Of a stretch of DNA of 64,000 bases, positions 9,419 through 18,909 are shown in pieces. Source of the DNA: Anaerolineae bacterium (GTDB lineage: Bacteria; Chloroflexota; Anaerolineae; UBA1429). The notes under the pieces were generated by a model. It saw nothing but the letters and a program-made list of their open reading frames with translations, ran no database searches and was not told the DNA's origin. The stretch covers positions 576,001 through 640,000 of the forward strand of contig OY776562.1 in the NCBI GenBank assembly GCA_963675785.1. Direction: 5' to 3'. Within the stretch, counting starts at the first letter, position 1; every line of letters starts with the position of its first letter. The translations under genes were made by a program, and so were the position numbers.

Positions 9419-11670
9419 TACTCGTCTTCTTCATCTGATTCGTTATCAACCAGGCCCAACGCTTCTGCCAGAGCGGGAAAAGCCTCTGCCCAGGAGGGAT
9501 CACGCGGGATCAGCACGAAATCCTTGCGCGGAAAGTGCACCTGATAGGACAGCAGCCGCTCATAGATCGACTCAGAGATGAGCCGGGCCACGCTCTTGAT
9601 CTGGGCCAGGTCAGGCCGGGTGATGGCCAACACGCTCATGGCGTCGGTCTCGGGATCGCCGTCATCCCATTCGGGGCCGATGGAGGCAAAGCCCAACAGC
9701 TTGGTGCCGTCCATCACCACGATGGCCTCGCGCCACTCGGTACTCAGGCTGGGCAGGAACATGGCCTCGATGGCGCCTGCTTCCAGCGGCAGGGGGATAT
9801 CAGGGAATTGATCTCTGACGGCATGGAACAGAGCGCGTACCGCGTCCACATCACCGTGGCGAATGGCGTCATCCTGGGCGTCCGCATCGGGCAGGCAGGT
9901 GCGCACGGTGACGCCGTTCATATCGCTCATATCCACTTCTTGATCCTGCAGGCGAACCCAGTGGAACTTGCGGCGCAGGGTGGAAGGGTAATATTTGTCG
10001 ATGATGTCATAATCGACTGACTTGCCCCAGGCATAGTAGACACGCGGGTCAATGTACGATCTCAAGCTGGTACCCAGGTTCCAGGTGCGTTTGTGGCCGG
10101 CCATCTCATGTTGGCATTGCACCTTGCCAGCGGCATCCTGGGCACGCTTGCGCCGTTCTTTGGCGGCTTCTACGTTGCGCAAGGCAGTCTTGATGCGCTT
10201 TTCATAGCGTTCGCGTATCTTTTTCTTTTGCTCAGGCGTGGTAGCCGCTTCCTCTTTTTGGCGGGCCTCGGCACGCAACCCCTTGAGCTTGTTCTGATAG
10301 TCATTGACCTGGGCACGGTATGCTTCAATACGGGCGGCGGCCTTTTCACCGCGTTCCTGATACCGTTTGCTGGTGCGCTCCCAGTCGCCATTGTATTTCT
10401 TGGTGTGGTTACACAGTTCCGCCGCCGCTAGGTTGGCCTGACTGGCCGCATACCATTTCTTGTACTCGGGATCGCGGGCCTTGGTTTTGGAGCTCTTGAG
10501 CGTCTCTTGTACCACCATGGTGGCGTGGTGGGTACGGAAGACCTTGGCCGAAAGCCCCGGGACGATGCTGGATAGATAGACGTTCACATCATGGCTGCCC
10601 ACATCTGGAAAGAGCTGCGGCAAGTCGCGCGTAGGGTGGTTGCGGTCGTCGTCGCTGGCTTCCTTGGAGGGCCGTGCGTTGGCAATCAGCTCACGTAGGT
10701 TTTCCAGTACCACATCGGGCACGGTGAGCTTTTTGTGCCACACCACCGAGTCTTTGCCCAGGAAATCGAACTCGACCACATTATCTTTGCCCAGCTTGAG
10801 GTGTTCGGGACGCAGGGTGGTGGCACCTACGGTATCCGCCTCGTCGGGATCCTTTTCATCACCGACGCGCAGGCATAGGGCATCGATGAGATAGCAGGCT
10901 GTAGCTACCATGCGGGTCTGTTCGTTGCCGTTGCGCAAGTCGTCTTGGATGCGCTGACGGATGGTGTCGATTTCTTCTTCCAGATGCACAGCCTTGTCGA
11001 ACTTGGCGGCCTCACGCTCTTGCTTGACCGGCGCTGTATCGCTCAGCCAGATGTATTTGAGCTTGTCAGAGAGCTTATCTTTCCAACGGGCTACCCACAT
11101 GGATTCGGGTTGCCAGACAACCTCTTCCCAGTCGCCTTCGGGACGAGGGGCATCAGGGCTGAGGTTCAGCGTCACGTCCCGTTCGGTTGCGCCCTCTTTC
11201 CAGCGCCCTCGCAGGGGGTGTTCGCCGCGTCCCATAAAAATACCCGAGGGCTCGGTCATATAATTGCCCAGCTGCACTAGCTGCCCATTGACGATGGCAT
11301 GACCGTATTTCTTTTTGAGCGCCTCGCGCTCCTCTTTGCGTTCCGCAGAGAGCGCCTTGCGCTCTTCTTTGGATATGGCCTCTTTTTGCTGACGCTCTTT
11401 ATCGACGAGCGCATAGGCTGGCGTGAAATCGATCTCTTCCAGCGAGAGGATGTCTTTCAGGCCGAGTTCCTGGCTGAAATCAGCCATAAAGTTCTCGGCG
11501 AATACCGGATCCTGAACGTATTCGGTATCCTTTTTGTGAGCCCAGGCCATGGCCATTTCTTCTTGTTTGGGCGTTAGCTCACGCTTTTCACCCCGGATGG
11601 TTAGGCACAGCCCGACGAGTTCTGGTTTTGGGGGAATGATGATCCCATTATGAATGAGTTGTTCTAGCAA
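9418..11670 (-). CDS. DNA topoisomerase IB, long eukaryotic/archaeal type, with C-terminal GNAT-like extension
   Basis: HNGIIIPP, FMGRGEHPLRG, LRVGDEK..ADTVG, FDFLGKDS, AKVFRT, LCNH, LGTSLRSYIDPR; TTG start at 11670 after AAAGGTG (ORF track extends to 11766). Confidence 0.93.
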   Translation of the reverse strand: MLEQLIHNGIIIPPKPELVGLCLTIRGEKRELTPKQEEMAMAWAHKKDTEYVQDPVFAENFMADFSQELGLKDILSLEEIDFTPAYALVDKERQQKEAISKEERKALSAERKEEREALKKKYGHAIVNGQLVQLGNYMTEPSGIFMGRGEHPLRGRWKEGATERDVTLNLSPDAPRPEGDWEEVVWQPESMWVARWKDKLSDKLKYIWLSDTAPVKQEREAAKFDKAVHLEEEIDTIRQRIQDDLRNGNEQTRMVATACYLIDALCLRVGDEKDPDEADTVGATTLRPEHLKLGKDNVVEFDFLGKDSVVWHKKLTVPDVVLENLRELIANARPSKEASDDDRNHPTRDLPQLFPDVGSHDVNVYLSSIVPGLSAKVFRTHHATMVVQETLKSSKTKARDPEYKKWYAASQANLAAAELCNHTKKYNGDWERTSKRYQERGEKAAARIEAYRAQVNDYQNKLKGLRAEARQKEEAATTPEQKKKIRERYEKRIKTALRNVEAAKERRKRAQDAAGKVQCQHEMAGHKRTWNLGTSLRSYIDPRVYYAWGKSVDYDIIDKYYPSTLRRKFHWVRLQDQEVDMSDMNGVTVRTCLPDADAQDDAIRHGDVDAVRALFHAVRDQFPDIPLPLEAGAIEAMFLPSLSTEWREAIVVMDGTKLLGFASIGPEWDDGDPETDAMSVLAITRPDLAQIKSVARLISESIYERLLSYQVHFPRKDFVLIPRDPSWAEAFPALAEALGLVDNESDEEDE

Positions 11671-11825
11671 GTTTGCACCTTTACTGCCTTTACTGGTAAC
11701 AACAGGTAAGGATACTATAAACATTTTCGCTAGCCAAGTCATCCCTTTTGGCTCGGGAGCTTGCATCTGGCAAGCCCATGCGTTACCTTCTACCTAGGGA
11801 TTCATGTCTGGGGGAGGAAATTGTG

Positions 11826-13238
11826 GTGAGACCGAATATTCTTTTTCTGATGAGTGATGAACACCGTGCCGACGTCGCTGGATTTGCCGGCAATGAGGTG
11901 GTGCGTACGCCATTTCTGGACAAGCTGGCCGAAACCGGCGTCGTCTTTGAGAATGCCTATGCCCCGTCACCCATTTGCGTGCCCTCGCGGCAGTGCATGA
12001 TGGCCGGGCAATTGCCCAAAACCTGCAACTGCGAGGGCTGGATTGATCTGGAGCCGGGTTACCTGACTTTCTCACGGCTCTTTTCGCAGTATGCCTATGA
12101 GACTATTTGCTGTGGCAAACTGCATCACCAGGGCTTTGACCAAATGCAGGGTTGGACGCAGCGTCCCGCCGGTGATCTTCAGGTGACGCCCAACTATATT
12201 AAAGGGGCCATTCCCGAGGAATATGCCAAGTACCAGCGTCCTTTTGGCGATTACAAATGGACGGATAGCAAAGAGGTCAAACGCGCTGGTGCGGGTACTG
12301 GGCGCCCTGCAGCTGGCGACCGCGAGTGGACGGATGCGGCCAAGCGGGCGGCAGAGACTTATTTTAACGACATCACCTATGACCGCGAGCAGAGCCGCAA
12401 GCCGCTCATGCTCAAGTTGAGCCTGCTGGAACCCCATTACCAGTACATGGTGGATGAGGAAAAGTTTGGTTATTATCTCAATCGCGTGCCGGTTTACCTC
12501 GATGAGCCGGTCTCGGAGCACCCCTTCTTGAGTCAGCGGCAGGTGCGACCGGGCCTGGATGCCTCACCGCGGGAACTGCGTCGTGCGACGGCTGCCTATT
12601 ATGGGATGATTGAGAACATCGATAGCATGTACGCCGAGATGGCCGAGATGCTCGAATATGTGGGTGAGAACCTCGACGACTGGATCATCATCTATACCTC
12701 AGATCACGGCGAGATGCTGGGACAGCATGGTATTTGGGAAAAACAAAAGTTCTATGAAGGCAGTGTACGCGTGCCGCTCATTGTTCGCTGGCCCAAGGGT
12801 TTCGCTGGTGGACAGCGCATCTCCCAGAACGTTAGCACGTGCGATATCTATGCCACGCTATGTGAGCTGACTGGCATTCCTATGCCGAAGGGATTGGATA
12901 GCCGCAGCCTGGTGCCGCTACTCAATGGCAATACCGAGGGCTGGTTTGATGAGGCCGTATCGCAGTTCAGTCTGGTGAACGTGCCGGTTCCCGCCGGATT
13001 AGAGAGCGCAGGCAAGCTGGATAATGTCATGATCAAGCAAGGGGCGCTCAAATACCAATGGTATGCAGGTATGCCTGAAGTGCTCTTTGATCTGGAAAAG
13101 AACCCGGAAGAGACCATCGACTATAGCGATGATCCCGCCTATGCGGACAGCATGGCCCATTTTCGCCAGCGGCTCGCTGAACTGGGGCATGGTCCCCAAG
13201 CCGATATGCACTATATCAATGCGGGCTACAACATTTAG
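11826..13238 (+). CDS. Sulfatase (choline-sulfatase-like)
   Basis: PNILFLMSDEH, CVPSR, GKLH, SDHGEMLG..EKQKFYEGS; GGAGG RBS then GTG. Confidence 0.88.
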   Translation: MRPNILFLMSDEHRADVAGFAGNEVVRTPFLDKLAETGVVFENAYAPSPICVPSRQCMMAGQLPKTCNCEGWIDLEPGYLTFSRLFSQYAYETICCGKLHHQGFDQMQGWTQRPAGDLQVTPNYIKGAIPEEYAKYQRPFGDYKWTDSKEVKRAGAGTGRPAAGDREWTDAAKRAAETYFNDITYDREQSRKPLMLKLSLLEPHYQYMVDEEKFGYYLNRVPVYLDEPVSEHPFLSQRQVRPGLDASPRELRRATAAYYGMIENIDSMYAEMAEMLEYVGENLDDWIIIYTSDHGEMLGQHGIWEKQKFYEGSVRVPLIVRWPKGFAGGQRISQNVSTCDIYATLCELTGIPMPKGLDSRSLVPLLNGNTEGWFDEAVSQFSLVNVPVPAGLESAGKLDNVMIKQGALKYQWYAGMPEVLFDLEKNPEETIDYSDDPAYADSMAHFRQRLAELGHGPQADMHYINAGYNI

Positions 13239-13256
13239 ATGATTTTCCGGCTCCCC

Positions 13257-13285
13257 TGGAACCTGGTGCGCTAATACGCGTCTAA
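13257..13285 (+). promoter_or_regulatory. Putative ECF sigma promoter
   Basis: TGGAAC-N16-CGTCTAA upstream of the SIMPL gene. Confidence 0.55.
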
Positions 13286-13326
13286 TTAATTGTTGTTAGA
13301 AAGCACCATTTACTGGGGAGGTTATC

Positions 13327-14049
13327 ATGAAAAAAGGCATACTTTATGCTGGACTAGTTCTAGTTTTAGCAGTGGCGCTAGTGGGTTGTGCATCACCAAC
13401 AAACACGTCAGATGCGATGCAGCGCACGATCACAGTAACTGGAACAGGTGAGGCTAGTGCTAACCCGGATGTCGCCTATCTCTATCTGGGTGTCGAATCG
13501 GTGGATCCTGACGTATCCGTTGCTTTTGCTGATAACACCACGCGTATGAACGCTGTTTATCAGGTACTGCAGGATGCAGGGATTGCCGAGGATGATTTGC
13601 AGACATCAACTTATAGCGTTTCTCGGGAAGGAAACTCTACCTACAGGGCCACTACGGTTGACGACGAGGCATCTACCGAAGCCAACTTTTATGTGACCAA
13701 CATCGTTCAAGTGACCGTTCGTGATGTCGCGTCTGTAGGCGACCTAATAACCAAGGCTTTCGAAGCCGGTGCCAACAGCGTACAGAGTGTTTCTTTTGCT
13801 GTAGAGGATACGACCGCACTTGAGACGCAAGCTCGCACAAATGCTCTGGCTGATGCTCAGGCTCGTGCTGAGCAGATTGCAAGTGAAATGGGCGTAACCT
13901 TGGGCAACGTTCAATCGGTTAGCGACTCGAGCTACGTTCCTTACGAAACGTCTGCTTCATACGCTCTTGGCGGTGGGGGTGCCTCGGTTAGCTCGGGTCA
14001 GTACGATGTTAGCGTACAAGCCTATGTTGTCTACGAAATAGCGGACTAG
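13327..14049 (+). CDS. SIMPL (DUF541) domain lipoprotein
   Basis: Lipobox LVGC; ITVTGTGEASANPDVA, ALADAQARAEQIA..GVTLG. Confidence 0.88.
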   Translation: MKKGILYAGLVLVLAVALVGCASPTNTSDAMQRTITVTGTGEASANPDVAYLYLGVESVDPDVSVAFADNTTRMNAVYQVLQDAGIAEDDLQTSTYSVSREGNSTYRATTVDDEASTEANFYVTNIVQVTVRDVASVGDLITKAFEAGANSVQSVSFAVEDTTALETQARTNALADAQARAEQIASEMGVTLGNVQSVSDSSYVPYETSASYALGGGGASVSSGQYDVSVQAYVVYEIAD

Positions 14050-14072
14050 ATGCTACGATAGGTTTAACCTCA

Positions 14073-14102
14073 GGGGGCGCACGTTTACGTGCGCCCCTTT
14101 TT
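14073..14102 (+). terminator. Intrinsic terminator
   Basis: GGGGCGCACGT-TT-ACGTGCGCCCC plus T tract. Confidence 0.75.
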
Positions 14103-14153
14103 GCTGTTGTTGGGATGTAGACGTATGGTATAATCCAGCTTAGGAGGTTATCT

Positions 14154-16928
14154 ATGCCCCAAAAGCAACGGCTCTTGCTCATTGATGGATACGCTGTGGC
14201 GTATCGCGCTTACCATGCCATGCCGCCACTTACCACCCCTGATGGCGAACCCAGCAATGCTGTCTTTGGCTTTGCCAACATGCTGTTAAAGGCCATTGCC
14301 GATCTGGAGCCCACCCATGTGGTGGCCGCCTTTGATGTCGGCAAGACATTCCGCCACGAGGAATACGAGGCCTACAAAGCCACCCGGGCGGAAACCCCCG
14401 ATGATCTCCGTGTGCAGTTTGATCGCATCAAAGATCTAGTGCGCATCTTTGGTGTGCCCATCTATGAAAAACAAGGCTTTGAGGCCGACGATGTGTTGGG
14501 CACCCTGACCAAGCAGGCCGAAGAAGAAGGCATTGACAGCATTATCCTGACGGGCGATTCGGATACGTTCCAACTCATCAGCGACCGTGTACATGTGTTC
14601 TATCCCCAGGGGCGTAACGCGGTGCCGATCGTTATGGATATCAAAGCAGTAGAAGATCGCTATGGCCTCTCTCCGGCTCAGCTCATCGACCTTAAGGCGC
14701 TTGTTGGCGATAGTTCAGACAATATTCCGGGTGTCTCTGGCATTGGCCCCAAAACGGCCACGCCGCTTTTGCAAAAGTATGGCGACATTGATGGTATCTA
14801 TGCCCATTTGGACGAGATAACCCAAAAGAGAGCCCATACAGCGTTGGAGAACGGACGCGAAACTGCTGATTTCTCTCGCCACTTGATTACAATCGTGCGC
14901 GATATAGATGACATCAAACTCGATATGAAAACCGCCTTTTGGGGCGATTACGATCGTACGGCTGTGGTCGATTTTATGCGCAAGATGGGCTTTAGTAGCT
15001 TGGTGGAACGTGTACCCGGACGTAAAGAAGAGGGGGAGACCCAGCTAGCCCTCTTTGGCCAGGATGCGATCGCTGCTGCATCTTCTAGTGTCGACGTGGC
15101 CCCCGCTTCGGTCTCTGCCGATTGCGTTTATGCAGTGATCGATACGAAAGAGGCCCTCGTTGCTTTGGTAGAGCGCTTGCGGGCTGCCGGCTTTTTCGCC
15201 TTTGACACCGAAACGGATGGCACTGACGCTATGCGTGCTCACCTCGTGGGCATTTCGGTGAGCGATAAAGAACACGAAGGGTTTTATATTCCGATTGGGC
15301 ACCGAACAGGCGAAAGTGCGCGTCAACTCTCACTAGATCAAATTTGCACGATGCTCGGCCCCGTTTTGGCCGATGCCGCTGTGCTTAAGACAGCGCACAA
15401 TGCCAAGTATGATATGACCATCCTCCAACGTCACGGTATGCCTGTGGCTGGTATTGAGTTTGATACCATGATCGCTGCCTGGCTAGCAGATCCCTCGGAG
15501 CGTTTGGGACTCAAGGCGCTGGCACTCAGCCGTCTGGGTGTTGAGATGACACCCATCACTGACCTCATCGGCAAGGGCAAAGGTCAAGTTACCATTGATG
15601 TATTGCCTATAGACCGAGTGGCCATGTATGCTTCGGCCGATGCCGACATGACCTTGCGCCTGATGGGGCTCTTGCACAAAGAGTTGGAAGGCAAGGGTCA
15701 AATACCTCTGCTGCGCGATATGGAGATGCCGCTGCTCCCTGTGTTAATGAGCATGGAAATGCACGGCATGGTGGTGGATATCAAGTATCTGGCCGATATG
15801 TCCACCGAGTTGGAAAAGCGCCTCGGTGAGATTACGAGCAGCATCTATGAGTACACCGGCCATCCCTTTAATCTCAATTCCCCCAAACAGCTTGGCGAGG
15901 TGCTCTTTGACGAACTGGGCTTGCCCGTGGTTCGCCGCACTCGCACCGGCTACTCGACCGATGCGGCTGTACTGGACGAGCTTATTGGCAAACACCCCAT
16001 TGTTGAACTCATTCTCGAGTTTCGCCAACTCGACAAGCTCAAGAGCACCTATGTTGATGCCCTACCGGGGCTGGTCAATCCCCAAACCGGCCGAGTGCAT
16101 ACCTGGTTGAGTCAGACAGGTACCACCACGGGGCGTCTCTCTTCGCGGGATCCGAATTTGCAGAATATTCCCGTGCGTTCTGACCTGGGCCGGCTGGTTC
16201 GCGGCGCTTTTGTGGCGCCTGAGGGTTGTATGCTGTTGGGGTGCGACTATTCACAGGTTGAACTGCGCATCCTGGCACATATCTCGCAAGACCCAGAGCT
16301 GTTAGGGGCTTTCCATCGTGATGAGGACGTACATGCCTCGACGGCCGCGGCAGTGCTTGGCATTCCCCTGAACGAGGTAACCAAGGAACAGCGCTCGCTT
16401 GCCAAGGCCATCAACTTTGGCCTGATGTATGGCATGCAAGAGTACGGCCTTTCGGCACGCACGAATCTTTCTGTGGAGGAGGCCCGCCAATTCATTGCGG
16501 CCTATTTTGCACGATTCGGCAAGGTGCGCGATTATCTGGATGGAACCATCGTGTTTGCTCGCGAGCACGGCTATGTAGAGACTCTGATGGGGCGCCGCCG
16601 CTATTTCCCCGAGTTGCGCGAGGACAGCCATGCCAATGGTCGCATCAAACGCGAATCCGAGCGTGCCGCCATTAATATGCCCATTCAGGGCAGTGCTGCG
16701 GATATCATCAAGATAGCCATGATTCGTCTGCAAAAACGACTGCAGGATGCGGGCGTCAAGGCGGCCATGGTTTTACAGGTGCATGACGAGTTAATCCTTG
16801 AAGTGCCCGATGAGGAACTGGATACAGTGCGCGACATGGTGGTTGAGACCATGATGGGCGCTTACAAGTTGGATATTCCCTTAAAGGTAGAAGTAGCTAT
16901 TGCCAGGAATTGGATGGAGATGAAATAG
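14154..16928 (+). CDS. polA: DNA polymerase I
   Basis: 5'-3' exo (LIDG, EADD, GDSSDNIPG), 3'-5' exo (FDTET), polymerase motifs DYSQVELR, KAINFGLMYG, QVHDEL. Confidence 0.98.
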   Translation: MPQKQRLLLIDGYAVAYRAYHAMPPLTTPDGEPSNAVFGFANMLLKAIADLEPTHVVAAFDVGKTFRHEEYEAYKATRAETPDDLRVQFDRIKDLVRIFGVPIYEKQGFEADDVLGTLTKQAEEEGIDSIILTGDSDTFQLISDRVHVFYPQGRNAVPIVMDIKAVEDRYGLSPAQLIDLKALVGDSSDNIPGVSGIGPKTATPLLQKYGDIDGIYAHLDEITQKRAHTALENGRETADFSRHLITIVRDIDDIKLDMKTAFWGDYDRTAVVDFMRKMGFSSLVERVPGRKEEGETQLALFGQDAIAAASSSVDVAPASVSADCVYAVIDTKEALVALVERLRAAGFFAFDTETDGTDAMRAHLVGISVSDKEHEGFYIPIGHRTGESARQLSLDQICTMLGPVLADAAVLKTAHNAKYDMTILQRHGMPVAGIEFDTMIAAWLADPSERLGLKALALSRLGVEMTPITDLIGKGKGQVTIDVLPIDRVAMYASADADMTLRLMGLLHKELEGKGQIPLLRDMEMPLLPVLMSMEMHGMVVDIKYLADMSTELEKRLGEITSSIYEYTGHPFNLNSPKQLGEVLFDELGLPVVRRTRTGYSTDAAVLDELIGKHPIVELILEFRQLDKLKSTYVDALPGLVNPQTGRVHTWLSQTGTTTGRLSSRDPNLQNIPVRSDLGRLVRGAFVAPEGCMLLGCDYSQVELRILAHISQDPELLGAFHRDEDVHASTAAAVLGIPLNEVTKEQRSLAKAINFGLMYGMQEYGLSARTNLSVEEARQFIAAYFARFGKVRDYLDGTIVFAREHGYVETLMGRRRYFPELREDSHANGRIKRESERAAINMPIQGSAADIIKIAMIRLQKRLQDAGVKAAMVLQVHDELILEVPDEELDTVRDMVVETMMGAYKLDIPLKVEVAIARNWMEMK

Positions 16929-16929
16929 C

Positions 16930-18600
16930 GTGGAATTGCTTGATGTACAGATCGAAAAAGCTATTGGAAAATCCTTGCGGCGGGCGCAACGTCACGGCGA
17001 TCTGCCAGCATTTGATATTCCCGATCAGATCGTCGTAGAGCGCCCCAAGCAAGAGTCGATGGGTGAATATGCTACTCCGGTTTGCATGCAGCTGGCGCGC
17101 CTGGCGCGAATGGCTCCTATCAAAATTGCTGAACAGGTCGTCAAAAATATACGCGATTTGGATTTTTGTGATTCGATCGAAGTAGCGCCCCCTGGCTTTA
17201 TCAACTTTAGGCTGGCTCCGTCTTGGCTGACGCAGCAGGTGGCTTTGATTCAGCAAGCCGCTGATACGTACGGCTGTGTTGATACAGGCAAGGGCGTCAA
17301 GGTACAGGTGGAATTTGTTAGCGCCAATCCCACGGGGCCGCTGCATGTGGGCTCTGCCCGCAATGCCGTGTTGGGCGATGCCATTGCCAGTGTGCTTAGT
17401 GCTGCCGGTTACGATGTGCAACGTGAGTACTATGTGAACGACGCCGGCAGTCGTATGCTCGCTTTTTACGCCACGCTGATGGCTCGCTATGCTCAGGCTC
17501 TCGGTGTGGATGAAAAGGTGCCTGAGGATGGCTATCATGGCATTGCCATGGTTGAGCTGGGCAAGACAATTGCAGACGAGTACGGCCACAAGTTCCTGGA
17601 TATGCCCCGTGAAGAGGCGCTCCCTGCCATTGGCAAAATCGGCCTGAGAAGCGTGCTAGAGGGCGCGGCTGATGACCTGAGCCTGATGGGCATAAAGTAC
17701 GACAACTGGTTCTCTGAGCAATCCCTCTATACCAATGGCCAGTACGAGCGGATCATGACTATCCTTCGTGAGGGCGGCTATGTTGACCTGCACGATGGTG
17801 CCGTGTGGTTCATGGCAACCAAGTTGGGTGGCAGCAAGGATGAGGTGATCGTGCGTTCTGACGGCACGCCTGGCTATTTTGCCTCTGATATCGCTTATCA
17901 CTATGACAAGTTCGTGACCCGCGGCTTTGACCGTGTTATTGATATATGGGGCGCAGATCACCAGGGCCATGTTCCGCGAATGCATATCATGATGAAAGCG
18001 CTTGGGCTAGATCCTGAGAGGTTGGTGATTACCCTCTATCAACTAGTAACCCTCAAGCGGGGTGGAGAGATTGTGCGCCTCTCCAAGAGAACCGGCGACA
18101 TTATCACCCTGCGCGAAGTGCTGGAAGAAGTCGGCCCAGATGCAGTTCGCTTTTTCTTGTTGGCCCGTTCTGCCGATAGCCAGATGGATTTTGACCTGGA
18201 CTTGGCCAAGGAACAATCTGACGAGAACCCGGTCTATTACATCCAGTACGCACACGCTCGCATCTGCTCCATTCTGCGCAATGCCGAGGGCATTGATTAT
18301 GCGGATGGCGATCTCTCCTTGTTGACTTCTGAGGCCGAGTTAGCCTTGATTCGGAGTATGGCTAGGTTGCCGCAAGTTGTTCGAGATGCGGCCGTCAATC
18401 TGGCACCTCACGGCCTGACCTACTATGCGCAGGAGCTCGCCTCGCAATTCCATTCCTTTTACCGGGATTGCCGGGTGATCAGCTCGCTTCCTGAGGATGA
18501 GGCTATTACCCGTGCGCGATTACGGCTGGTGGAGGCTTGTCGAATTACCCTGGCACGCACGCTGATTTTGATGGGAATGACCACGCCAGAAATCATGTAA
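16930..18600 (+). CDS. argS: Arginine--tRNA ligase
   Basis: EFVSANPTGPLHVG (HIGH), WGADHQGH, LSKRTG, YIQYAHAR. Confidence 0.97.
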   Translation: MELLDVQIEKAIGKSLRRAQRHGDLPAFDIPDQIVVERPKQESMGEYATPVCMQLARLARMAPIKIAEQVVKNIRDLDFCDSIEVAPPGFINFRLAPSWLTQQVALIQQAADTYGCVDTGKGVKVQVEFVSANPTGPLHVGSARNAVLGDAIASVLSAAGYDVQREYYVNDAGSRMLAFYATLMARYAQALGVDEKVPEDGYHGIAMVELGKTIADEYGHKFLDMPREEALPAIGKIGLRSVLEGAADDLSLMGIKYDNWFSEQSLYTNGQYERIMTILREGGYVDLHDGAVWFMATKLGGSKDEVIVRSDGTPGYFASDIAYHYDKFVTRGFDRVIDIWGADHQGHVPRMHIMMKALGLDPERLVITLYQLVTLKRGGEIVRLSKRTGDIITLREVLEEVGPDAVRFFLLARSADSQMDFDLDLAKEQSDENPVYYIQYAHARICSILRNAEGIDYADGDLSLLTSEAELALIRSMARLPQVVRDAAVNLAPHGLTYYAQELASQFHSFYRDCRVISSLPEDEAITRARLRLVEACRITLARTLILMGMTTPEIM

Positions 18601-18605
18601 TCTGA

Positions 18606-18643
18606 ATGCAGCACTTTTCTTACTCACTAAAAAAGTGCTGCAT
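18606..18643 (+). terminator. Hairpin after argS
   Basis: ATGCAGCACTTTT...AAAAGTGCTGCAT inverted repeat, without a strong T tail. Confidence 0.45.
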
Positions 18644-18763
18644 AACATAAAAATAAGTCCGAGACCTGCTTAAAACGGAAAACTAGAGAAAGTAGGGCAG
18701 GCTTTGTCATGTTTGACCATTATGCTTCACTGTGGTAGACTCGATGTCTGCTAGGTGGTTTGC

Positions 18764-18836
18764 GGGCGAATAGCTCAGCTGGGAGAGCACTTCCCTTACA
18801 AGGAAGGGGTCACAGGTTCGAGTCCTGTTTCGCCCA
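18764..18836 (+). tRNA. tRNA-Val(TAC), CCA not encoded
   Basis: Acceptor stem GGGCGAA/TTCGCCC, D arm AGCTCAGCTGGGAGAGC, anticodon arm CTTCC-CTTACAA-GGAAG, T arm GGTTCGAGTCC. Confidence 0.97.
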
Positions 18837-18845
18837 CTCGGAGCA

Positions 18846-18873
18846 AGGCTTCGGATCTATACCGGGGCCTTTT
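18846..18873 (+). terminator. Terminator after tRNA
   Basis: AAGGCTTCGG...CCGGGGCCTTTT. Confidence 0.55.
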
Positions 18874-18909
18874 CGGTGTTTGTCGCTGTTGTGACGCAAG
18901 GAGGGGAAA

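Noticed and set aside
11678-11695. CCTTTACTG x2 upstream of TopIB
   Set aside because: A two-copy 9-mer overlapping the RBS; could be chance
11671-11825. Apparent overlapping N-terminal extensions of TopIB and the sulfatase
   Set aside because: RBS positions and motif boundaries favour starts at 11670 and 11826; the region is a divergent promoter
16897-17589. 230-aa antisense ORF within argS
   Set aside because: Shadow ORF on the opposite strand of a conserved gene
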